Shown piece after piece: positions 54,301 through 64,000 of a DNA stretch of 64,000 nucleotides. Source of the stretch: Octopus vulgaris. Taxonomy: Eukaryota. Positions within the stretch are counted from its first letter, which is position 1, and each line of letters begins with the position of its first letter. Made by a program: the position numbers and the translations under genes. Below the pieces are notes generated by a model. That model was not told the origin of the DNA and made no database searches. It was given only the letters and a program-made list of their open reading frames with translations. The stretch lies in assembly GCA_951406725.2 (NCBI GenBank), contig OX597822.1, positions 33,852,001 through 33,916,000 on the forward strand, read 5' to 3'.

Positions 54301-55120
54301 CAAGCAACAACAACAGAAACAACAAAAACAGCAAGAAACACCAAAGGCTGCCACACCACCAACACCATCACCAACACCAGCACCAAGACGAGCAACACCA
54401 CCTCCAACAACAACAACCACCACCAAACCAACACCGACAACCACCACCAAACCAACACCGACACCAGTACCTCGAAGGTCGACAGCAGCGACATCAACAG
54501 TAACAGGAGCAGCGGCACCACCGATACCGGTGGAACCAGAAACTTTTCGTCCTGCTACTGAAGCAGACCCCTCAACCATTCCTTTGCCGGATGAAGAGAT
54601 CTCGGATTGTGCGAGCTCCGATTCCAACAAAGGAGAATGGAATATAGTACCTCCAAAAAAGAAAAGGAGGAAAAAACAAAAAGATTTAAAGGGGAAGCAC
54701 GAACAAACAGTACTTCCCAACATCAACAACAACATCAACAACAACACACACTCACAACAACAAACAACAACAACAACACTTTCGACACCACTACTGCCAC
54801 TACCACAGACACAAACAAACACAGACACAATTATAGACACAATTACATCAATAAACACAAAGAACCAAAAACTAGTGGAGTACTTAAAAAACAAAACTAG
54901 TACAAATATAACCGATTTCATCATACCAACACAAAACACACCACCAGCACACATTCTCACAATAAAAATAAATGCAAAAACATATGATGAAATCAAACAA
55001 ATATTCCCTAACGATGTGGGATCGCTAGGGAAAAGTTTCTCGAAGAAACTTTATAAAAACATTGTGGAAGCACCCGTGCAAAAGCACAAGGGAGCCACCC
55101 CCCACCACCAACAACAGTAA
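53244..55120 (+). CDS. LINE ORF1p (gag-like, one CCHC zinc knuckle), with an apparent 1-nt frameshift near 53435
   Basis: The long frame 53435-55120 encodes CFLCSSESHLKRDC (CX2CX4HX4C, 54179-54220), polyQ, a P/T-rich region and basic PPKKKRRKK. The ATG at 53244 opens a different frame that overlaps the start of the long frame. Confidence 0.85.
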
Positions 55121-55163
55121 GTAGAGCCTTTTTTTTCTCCTTTTTTTCCCCCTACTTTGAGAC

Positions 55164-58100
55164 ATGGCAAATCTTAGAATCGGTTGCTTGAATGTGAGAG
55201 GCCTCGGGTCACCTTGGAAACAGGGTCACCTGTTAAACGACCTGAGGTTTCATGATGTGGATGTAGCAGCCATCAGTGAAACCAGGCTCTCCCACCCGCA
55301 GGAACTCGCAGCCCTTTTCGGCGGATACGAGATATTTCTATCTCCGTGTCGGCCGGGAGCGGGCGGTGGTGGTACTGCGGTTTTGTTTCGGAAGGGCCTG
55401 GACCTGAAAATAAGGACAGTCTTCTTGGATCCGGAAGGTAAGTTGGTGGTCCTCGACGTCGACGGTAGTGACGGCGGTGCTTTCAGACTGCTGGCTGCCT
55501 ACGCTCCGACAGGAGCAGGGCAGTCGGATTATTTCAAACGTCTGGAAGTTTTCCTGGGAACGTCACGCACTCTAGTACTAGTTGGGGTTTGGAACGCTGT
55601 CTTAGACGAACGTTTCGATCGGGTGGGCAGGGGAGCGTCTGTTAGGAGAGGGGGAGGGTGCAAGAGCCTCGCCAACCTACTCGGCCGCTTTCAGCTGTCC
55701 GACAGGTTTCGACTAGACAACCCGAATGTGCCAATGTGGACTTGGACAAACCGCATCGGGTCGTCTAGATCGTACTTAGATAGAGTGTTTTGTAGGCCAG
55801 CGGATAAGGACAGCGTAGGGTGTCCACATTTCCACCTAGTCGAATATACGGACCACAAATTAGTGATCTGTACGGTCGACTTAGATAGGCTACATAGACA
55901 GGGACCCGGCTACTGGAAGCTGAACGCGTCGTTAACGGCGTGCAAAGCTTACAGAGACCGGATTAGTTTACTAGTTAAGCGGGCGCTCACGGGGGCAATC
56001 ATCAACAACAACTGGTGGTTTGCCCTCAAGAGAGCAATTAAAGTAGAGTCGATTAGGTATAGTAAGACTCTAGCTATTGAACGTAGGAAGAGAGAGCGGG
56101 ATTTAGTTAAGAAACTAGACGAGGCTCTTGACACTGGCATCGCGACCGACGTGTTGGCGGCAAGGTTGGCCCTCGACCAACACTTCGACGCCAAACACGA
56201 AGGCTGCGTTGTCAGAGCTAAGGCACGTTCGCTAAGCGGGGAGGGGACTAGAGCCGCTCGATGGGCCCGCGTGGCGGAGGCGAAGCGAGGCAACAGAGCA
56301 ACCATTCGGTCTTTGGTGGACCAGAACGGGCGCGAGGTTACCCAACCGAAGCAGATGTGTACGGTGCTTCAGCGGCACTTTGCTCAACTGTTTGGGACGA
56401 GCGGTGGAACGGACACCAACGGTACAGACTTCGGTGTGTACCTGGACGGACTGCCGCAACTCTCGGACAGCGAGGCAGAGTGCTGCGAAGGACCGATATC
56501 TGCCTGGGAAGTACAGGAAGCGATGAAGAGTTGCACGAGAGGTAGATCGCCGGGTTTGGATGGTCTGCCCTACGAGCTTTACTTTTCGATGCCAGACTTG
56601 TTTGCGGACCTGTTGGCAAACGTCTACTGCAACTGGCAGCAAAACGGGAGAATTCCTGCTTTTGTCTGTCGAGGGGTGGTGGCTTTGCTAAAGAAGGACC
56701 CAAACAAGGGGGACGTTATAGGGAATTTCCGGCCCATCACTCTGCTCAATGCAGAGTTGAAGATTTTGGCCAAGGTGCTAGCCAAGAGATTGGCGCTTGT
56801 CGTGGACAAGCTGGTCGGCGGGACGCAGACATGCGCCGTGCCGACCAGGTCGATACACGACAACCTCCATCTCATGCGCTACATCATAGAGAGGGTGGGT
56901 AACGACGCTGGCGCGGGTGGGGCTTTGATCAACTTGGATCAGAGTAAAGCCTTCGATAGGGTCGACCATCAGTACCTGGCAGCTGTCCTCAAGGCAGCCG
57001 GCTTCGGTCCAGTCTTCCGCGGGTGGATCGCTGCCTTATACAGCAACATCTGCTCGGTGATACGGGTGAACGGTCACCTTTCGGAACCGTTCGACATCTC
57101 GCGTTCGGTCCGCCAAGGATGCCCTCTCTCCTCCCTCTTGTACATTTTGACTCTCGAGCCATTACTGCGCAAGTTGGAGGCTTTGAGGGGCATCCCGCGC
57201 GATCTAGGAGGCGGAAACAGCGTGTCTGCTTATGCCGACGACGTCACCGTGGTGGTGTCGAGCCACAGGCACATTGGCCTGATTGGCGAGACGCTAAACC
57301 AGTACGAAGCGGTGACAGGGGCAAAGATTAACGCGGAAAAGTCTGTGGGCTTGCAACTGGGCACCTGGAGAGGCAAGCCCATGCCGTCCAACAGCGTCGT
57401 AGGGCGCTGGACAGACGGACCCGTTAAACTGCTCGGGGTCTGGTTCGGTCCGGACCTCCAGGTGGATAAGAACTGGGAAGAGGTGACGAGCAGGGTGGCA
57501 CGTCTCACCCAGAAATGGGCCGAGAGGAAGCTGTCCCTGAAAGGTCGAGCGGAGGTGGCGAATGCGTACATCGCATCCGTCATCTATTACCGCTTGACCG
57601 TCGTCCCTTGTCCCGACCGCTGGTTGGCCAAGCTGGTACGTCTGCTCTTCGACTTTTTGTGGAAGGGTCAGGTGCCACTGGTCAGGCGATCCATCTGCTG
57701 TCAACGACCGCTGAACGGAGGCCTTGGAATGCCGTGGTTGCTGTTGCGCAGACATGCGCTCAGGCTGCGGCATCTCAAGCGCTTCCTAGACGGTGAACAG
57801 GTGTGGTCGTCTTTTGTCAGACGCGATTTTCCGCAGCTCGTCTCTTTGACGGAGCTGCAGACCTGGATCAAACGTAGACCGAGAAAGGGCGCTTGGCACC
57901 TCGAGTGCCGTCAAGCCCTCTCCGCCCTCCACCAGGCGGGCAATGCGGTCGGTTACAGCTCCACTCTAGCGTTCTATAGAGGGTTAGTGGAGGAAAAATG
58001 CGACGACGTTCTCGGGGAAACTCTAGGCGTTGAAGACGACGAACTGAGCGGTCTGTTCGGGAGGACTTTCGGGCCGGGGCCGATGGATAATTTCCAGAGG

Positions 58101-58598
58101 TCTCTCGCCTGGCAGTGCTACCGAGGGGCTCTGCCTGTTCGAGATAAACTCTACCGGCACGGAAGTGCCGTCAGCCGGGCCTGCCCGAGGTGTTGCCAGG
58201 ACGACGAAACCGTTCTGCACGCACTCGTCCAGTGCCCGAGTATTGCTGAAATATGGGTTTATGTCGAACAGCTACTGTCACGTGTAGGACGGATCCGACT
58301 ATCGGCCGAATCCATAGTGAAGATTGCCCCGCCGACCTCCTTTAACAAGGAGGGCGAGGCCGTTTTCTTGTGCCTTGTGGCTGTGGCGAAAGAGGTGGTG
58401 TGGTGGACTCGTTTGAAAGGGCTAAAGTCAGACACTTTCCTCTTTGGTCAAGGCCTCATCAACTTTTTCAAGTTTCACTTGAAAAGGAAGATGAGGTTAG
58501 AGAGGAAAGTGCTGTCCGATAGCAAGTTTTATGAAAGGTGGGTGAATTGTGCGAGACTGGCCTGTATAAATGGACCAGTTCTCAGGTTTCGCCTGTGA
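55164..58598 (+). CDS. LINE ORF2p: AP-endonuclease + reverse transcriptase + C-terminal zinc finger (1144 aa)
   Basis: APE motifs LNVRGL, AISET, AYAP, YLDRV, TDH. L1/Tx1 linker GPGYWKLN. RT motifs SPGLDGLP, RPITLLN, LDQSKAFDRV, VRQGCPLS, YADD, KLLGV. Post-RT GGLG. C-terminal CPRC-x8-H-x4-C. The frame is uninterrupted. Confidence 0.97.
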   Translation: MANLRIGCLNVRGLGSPWKQGHLLNDLRFHDVDVAAISETRLSHPQELAALFGGYEIFLSPCRPGAGGGGTAVLFRKGLDLKIRTVFLDPEGKLVVLDVDGSDGGAFRLLAAYAPTGAGQSDYFKRLEVFLGTSRTLVLVGVWNAVLDERFDRVGRGASVRRGGGCKSLANLLGRFQLSDRFRLDNPNVPMWTWTNRIGSSRSYLDRVFCRPADKDSVGCPHFHLVEYTDHKLVICTVDLDRLHRQGPGYWKLNASLTACKAYRDRISLLVKRALTGAIINNNWWFALKRAIKVESIRYSKTLAIERRKRERDLVKKLDEALDTGIATDVLAARLALDQHFDAKHEGCVVRAKARSLSGEGTRAARWARVAEAKRGNRATIRSLVDQNGREVTQPKQMCTVLQRHFAQLFGTSGGTDTNGTDFGVYLDGLPQLSDSEAECCEGPISAWEVQEAMKSCTRGRSPGLDGLPYELYFSMPDLFADLLANVYCNWQQNGRIPAFVCRGVVALLKKDPNKGDVIGNFRPITLLNAELKILAKVLAKRLALVVDKLVGGTQTCAVPTRSIHDNLHLMRYIIERVGNDAGAGGALINLDQSKAFDRVDHQYLAAVLKAAGFGPVFRGWIAALYSNICSVIRVNGHLSEPFDISRSVRQGCPLSSLLYILTLEPLLRKLEALRGIPRDLGGGNSVSAYADDVTVVVSSHRHIGLIGETLNQYEAVTGAKINAEKSVGLQLGTWRGKPMPSNSVVGRWTDGPVKLLGVWFGPDLQVDKNWEEVTSRVARLTQKWAERKLSLKGRAEVANAYIASVIYYRLTVVPCPDRWLAKLVRLLFDFLWKGQVPLVRRSICCQRPLNGGLGMPWLLLRRHALRLRHLKRFLDGEQVWSSFVRRDFPQLVSLTELQTWIKRRPRKGAWHLECRQALSALHQAGNAVGYSSTLAFYRGLVEEKCDDVLGETLGVEDDELSGLFGRTFGPGPMDNFQRSLAWQCYRGALPVRDKLYRHGSAVSRACPRCCQDDETVLHALVQCPSIAEIWVYVEQLLSRVGRIRLSAESIVKIAPPTSFNKEGEAVFLCLVAVAKEVVWWTRLKGLKSDTFLFGQGLINFFKFHLKRKMRLERKVLSDSKFYERWVNCARLACINGPVLRFRL

Positions 58599-58880
58599 TT
58601 TCAAAGAAAAAGGTAATGTAAAAGGAGAAGAAAGGGGACTCTCTACACCCCCTTTTTTTGACCAGGCTCCCGTTGGCTTTTGTAGGGTTTTTTCCACCGG
58701 GAACATTTCGAGACGTCTCCCCCTTTTGGGAGTTTTTCATTGTTTTAATAATCATTGTTTTAAAGTTTTTTTTACACGGATTTTTTAACAAACGGACAAA
58801 ACCCTTTGTAACCTTTCGTCCTGTCCTGTCCCTTTATGTAATCATGCCTGTCAGCCCTTGTGGCCAATAAAAAAGAATTG

Positions 58881-58966
<86 letters not shown>

Positions 58967-60021
58967 CATTATTATTATTATTATTATTATTAGCTTAATA
59001 TTTTCAACAGTTTTGTGTGTAGCGCTCTCTATTGGGAATGCCTAACTCCGTTTCTGTTCAATCATACATCGTATTTGTTTCGTTGTTTCCTATGTTATTT
59101 TAGTCTTTCCTCTCTTGTACAGCATAGGAACAATATGAGTGTTATATTTCGTCGACTGGTGTTCGTATTTTGTTTATCTTGTGTAATTGCTGTTGTACGT
59201 ATTTTGTGCCCTGACATTAGCTGTATGGGTTGTGTTTTATTAATGGGTGGTAACTGAATAAAATGTGAGCTATTGGTCTTATAGTATCGGGTATTGATTA
59301 TGTAAAAGTACATGTGTGTTATTTTTTCGAGTGGGAACTGTGTACAACAGAAATTCCCAACTTTGCTACAAGAGTGTATTTGATTAGGAGCGGCGACAGA
59401 GAAGGAAGGCATATTCCTAATAAAAATCGTTCCATATGTTAAAAACTAACTCGTAAAAATAACTAGGTGCCACGAAGCTCACGAAGAACTATATTATTCT
59501 GCATATATTAATTTAACCCTTCAGATATATGACTAAGAAGTGTATTTTCATTCCATTTGCATTGACGACATATATGCGTGTCTCTGAAATCAGTGCTCTT
59601 TTGTCAATCATAACAAAATCTAGGAATTGCCAGGATTCGTGTGTAGATCTGTGGATATCAGTGACTAAGAATATTCCATATTTTGATAAAATAATAAATG
59701 AGAGGTAGAAACCAAAATATCAATGAATTTTGTTCAATGTTTTCTCTTTTTAACTCTTCAATTTACATTTATTTTCATGCACTGAATCAATATCTTGTTT
59801 TGAGTTTAACTTGTTAACCCATGTTACAGCATGTAGTTTACTGTTAGAAAAACTAAATAGCTTGTAGAAAATTGATATTTCATTTTCATATGTAATACTA
59901 CTTAACTTGTCTTGTATCGAACCGGGAACATGGTGATTGCAAAACAAACTTCTTAACTGTTCAGCCACCCTTCAACCAGTACTAAGCGATACTGGAATAG
60001 TAACAGTATTATATAAATAGC

Positions 60022-60382
60022 GTGGAGGCGCAATGGCCCAGTGGTTAGGGCAGCGGACTCACGGTCGTAGGATCACGGTTTCGTTGTGAGTGTTTATCGA
60101 GCGAAAACACCTAAAGCTCCACGAAGCATTGGGTGGTGGTGAACCCTGCTGTATTCTTTCACCACAACTTTCTCTCACACTTTCTTCTTGTTTCTGTTGT
60201 ACCTGTATTTCAAAGGGCCAGCCTTGTCGCACTCTGTGTCACGCTGAATCTCCCCGAGAACTACGTTAAGGGTACACGTGTCTGTGGAGTGCTCAGCCAC
60301 TTACACGTTAATTTCACGAGCAGGCTGTTCCGTTGATCGGATCAACTGGAACCTTCGTCGTCGTAACCGACGGAGTGCCACG
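60022..60382 (+). mobile_element. SINE family C
   Basis: Collinear with 47408-47789, with an 11 bp TSD ATATAAATAGC. Confidence 0.9.
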
Positions 60383-61419
60383 ATATAAATAGCTAATTTG
60401 TATTAAACCACGATAACCTACTAAGTCAACGATCAACTTAGTATTAATCAGTTGAAAGATTATTTCGATTGTAGGTGCGTGGCTTAGTGGTTTTGCTTAT
60501 GGTTATAAGATCTTATGGTTCTTATGGTTATATGATCTTATGGCTATAAGATGGTTCTTATATATGGTTATAGTTCTTATATATATATATGGTTATAGTT
60601 CTTATGGTCCTTATGGTTATAAGATTTTATGGTTATAAGATCGTGGGCTCAGTTGCTAGATCTGGTGACGCGTTTTGTCCTTGAGCTAAGCACTACATGT
60701 TACGTTGCTCTAGTTTCAAGAGCTAGAATGTGTACCAATCGGGTGCTGGTACAATATCTCTCCCTCCGGCTGTCACACCTTGAATATTCTGTTCAGTCAG
60801 AAGTGAGGAGGACCGAAACATCTGCTCGGGACTACATTTATATCTAAAACAGGCACTGAAAGCATGTTACATATTACAAAACCATACTCGCTCGCGAGTG
60901 ACAGCTGGCTATAATCATTAAATTATTTCCTTCTTGATACAGCGCTGCTCTGTCATGGGTATGCTTTGCAGTACCGCATGCTAGCAAGACACTCATCTAT
61001 TCCGCAGTGGTGCGCTGTTTTACAGAGAATTATTACGCCACTTGTTTCTATTTCAATTTTTTTTCGCATTCATCAATTCGCAAACATTTAACCAATCACT
61101 TAATCAAGTGTTTGATTCATCGTTAGGTTAGTTAATCAATCGGGTTTGTCAAGGTCTTTCCGTCGTCATTCGCAACCTCATCAATGACATGACCTTTCTA
61201 CTCGATAATGGCCCTACCCCTCGAGATGCAACAAAATTTGTTTTAATACACTAGCTCACATCAAGAATCTTGCTAATTAAATACATAAACGAAATTGTTA
61301 TCCACCCCACGACATTAATTAGTAATTTCAAACTGTGGAAAATTAGCCTATGAGAACTAAGTCTTTGAATGGCAGTAACAATGCAACTCCAGTTGTAATA
61401 TATGGACACCTCTAGAGCG

Positions 61420-61628
61420 TTGGGCTAGCAGAATCATTGCTGCGCCGGGGAAAATGCTTAGCGGCATTTCTTCTGACATTACTGTTCTGACTTTAAGTTC
61501 CCACGTGGTTGAATTCGTCTTCCATCCTTTCGAGGTCGATAAAATACCAGTTGAGCACTGGGGTCGATGTAATCGACTGGCTCCCGCCCCAAAACTTGCT
61601 GGCCTTGTGCCAAAATTTGAAACCAATA
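61420..61628 (+). mobile_element. SINE family B with alternative tail
   Basis: Core plus the GGCCTTGTGCCAAAATTTGAAACC tail. Similar copies lie at 16899-17207, 39252-39453 and 51311-51530. Confidence 0.8.
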
Positions 61629-62848
61629 TTTGAAACTGCACGGTAGCTTGTCTGGTGTTCGTTCGGTTGACTACATTAATGACGAATCAGGGCAGCACTC
61701 ATGATTAATGAATATTTCTTTTTCTTTCTTTCTCTGTTTTAGTTGTTGGGTCTCGGGGAAGAAGTAATTCCTTGTACCTTCACAAGCTGTCCGAGATCAG
61801 TGAGACTGATGTCGTTAACGTTCTGTTTGAACTGTCACAAATCGGAAATAGACACAAAGAGAAAGACACGAGCAGGGATGAGATTCAAAGAGCCGATGCC
61901 CTGGGAAGGAAGGACTGGACTGGACATGAGTATGGTGGTAGTTGGTGTGGGACATAGGGGTTTCAACATAACAGAGGTAACGATAGAAGGAGAAATATGT
62001 CGGTTAAGAGTACCTGGGTTGAGACAGTACAGAACCAGCTACCTCTGAGGAACAGAGGCCATTATCGAATCCCGCAGTTAATAATCGCATAAACAAAACA
62101 CAGACGTTTAGTATGTGACATCAGTAATGTTTACGTTGCAAAAGCTGTTTTTTTTTTATTTCAAAAGTTATTTTGTTTCACTTGTGCGGCGCAGTTGCAC
62201 ATCAGAAGATAGCCTTTTACGATATCTGCAATACACGTCCCAGGCCAGCGATTCGAATTCGTTTCGAGGTGATTCGGGTACGCGATGCTGAAGAGCTGAA
62301 ACAACAGCGAAATATCGGTATCCATTGTTCTCGTTCACCTATGGGACGATTCATCTCGTCTGGTTTGAGGTATTCAGAGTTTTTTAACGATCGGCGTCTG
62401 AAAGGGACTTTCCTCTGGACGAATCCTGCAGCCAATAAGCGCATAAACGAAACACAGATTAAGTATGTGATATCGATAACAATGATCGTGGTTGTTGAAA
62501 AGGTAGAGAGATGACATAGCACGCCTATTGGCCAGCAACTAGAACGTCCTTGGTTGCTAAGAGCTGCGAATCAAATCTTCTCGTAATTAGATCTTAAAGA
62601 GGCCCGAGCTTCACCATTGGATTTCACTTAAAGAATACACAATATAGCGGTTCCCCAGCATGGCCACAGCCTTTGGGTTGGAATACTTAAAATAATAAAA
62701 GAATATAAAGCCAGTTGGTCTCTGAAAGGTTTCACAGTAACACTTTATGTCTTGTATTGGCAGCAGCGGTAATGGTCTTATTGGATATATGAAGCTAACA
62801 AACTGAAATTTACATTACAACAAACAGTTCGATTGATATACATGATAG

Positions 62849-62941
<93 letters not shown>

Positions 62942-62959
62942 AATAAATAAATAAATAAG

Positions 62960-63413
62960 CTTATCTTAACTGATTGGGAGTGTTATGTATATTGTTTTGT
63001 CTTGGTATAAAAGATGTCCCTTAGCATGTCCCTTAGTGGCTGACAATATGTGCATCTCTGATCACGGGCAGAAGTAGTGGGGGAGGATCATAGCCATGTG
63101 TTGAGAGGGATTCTTTGGGGTTTGAATATTTCACCTCTGAAAACATGGGTGTTTCGTTCAACATCCTTAAACAACCCTTATTCAGGGACCTTTTGAGCAG
63201 GATGGGTTACTCGACCTGAAGAACATTCTAACTGGGCCCCACCTGCAAGGTCATGTGCTGTTTATCTTGATATGAGATGACCATGTCGCGCACATATGGT
63301 TGTGATGCATGTGCCTAGTGTACCCTTATCAGACGGGTAGTCATGATGGGTATACTGGGCTTCGTATATTTTAACCTAGTGTCACTTTGATGGTATGCAC
63401 TGCTCTCTCACTC
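62960..63413 (+). repeat. Unclassified interspersed repeat flanked by (AAT)n on both sides
   Basis: Matches 7543-7960 in inverted orientation and is non-coding. Confidence 0.8.
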
Positions 63414-63490
<77 letters not shown>

Positions 63491-63506
63491 TAATAATAAT
63501 AATAAT

Positions 63507-64000
63507 GGACTCAAGAAGTGCAGAATAATCTACGTAACGGGAGGTAAGGTGCGGTCCCTAGCTGGGATATAATTACCGAAGAGAAACTAGATTACGTATA
63601 GTGAAACGGAAGGATACAAATGCCTCCGTGTACTAGAGTTCAATGAGATAGTGGGAAAGAAAATGAAAGAGTAACTGAGGATGTAGTATTTCCGAAGGCA
63701 GAGGTTGGTGTTGCGCTCAAAATTGACTGGATGGAATAAAATCCAAGCAGTTAATACGTGGACGATAGCATCATTTCGGTACGGAGCGGGAATTATAAAG
63801 TGGAAAAAGAGAGAAATGAAGAAAATGGATACCAAGAGCAGAAGAATGTTGACAGTACACGGAGCCTTCCACCCTAAGAGTGACACCGATAGGTTCTACT
63901 TGTCCAGAAGAAAAGGCGAGAGAGGTTTGATCAGTTACCAGGACTGTATCGAGCAGAGGAAAACAGCCTAGGGTGGTATATAAAAATGCCGTGGTGCCAC
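63507..64000 (+). pseudogene. R4/Dong-clade non-LTR retrotransposon fragment (RT C-terminal part), 5'-truncated, running off the window
   Basis: GLKKC...GYKCLRVLE...SKLTGWNKIQAVNTW..FRYGAGIIKW...HGAFHPKSDTDRFYLSRRKGERGL with in-frame stops. It begins directly after (AAT)n. Confidence 0.85.

Noticed and set aside
55117-55161. Mini-intron (GTAAGT...pyrimidine tract...AG) fusing ORF1 to ORF2
   Set aside because: Splicing at these sites puts ORF2 out of frame, and the acceptor is a weak GAG. It is treated as an ordinary inter-ORF spacer.
54226-58220. Antisense and alternate-frame ORFs within the LINE
   Set aside because: They are shadow ORFs from the low-complexity ORF1 and GC-rich ORF2, with no motifs.

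Overview
Eukaryotic, AT-rich, gene-poor DNA saturated with microsatellites and SINEs. The repeat content looks like a coleoid cephalopod (Octopus-like), which is an inference. No host gene can be called with confidence, and almost all short ORFs in the track are translations of microsatellites or SINEs. The main feature is a near-intact, full-length ~5.9 kb Tx1/L1-clade LINE (53010-58877; ORF1 with a CCHC knuckle, ORF2 with APE-RT-zinc finger) sitting between two (ATT)n tracts. Its structured 3' UTR and tail recur in a truncated relative inside a (TATC)n tract (31313-31602) and in the 3' tail of an abundant SINE family. The second theme is a set of type I hammerhead ribozyme motifs in non-coding, microsatellite-embedded Penelope-like/retrozyme-like repeats. 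The best example is a 3.1 kb element (22346-25505) with 434 bp inverted arms, each carrying a hammerhead. The window also holds relics of Gypsy, mariner, RTE and R4/Dong elements, hAT and Tc1/pogo MITEs, Helentron-like repeats, a 107 bp minisatellite and several foldbacks. All alignments and folds were done by eye, and repeat boundaries are approximate.
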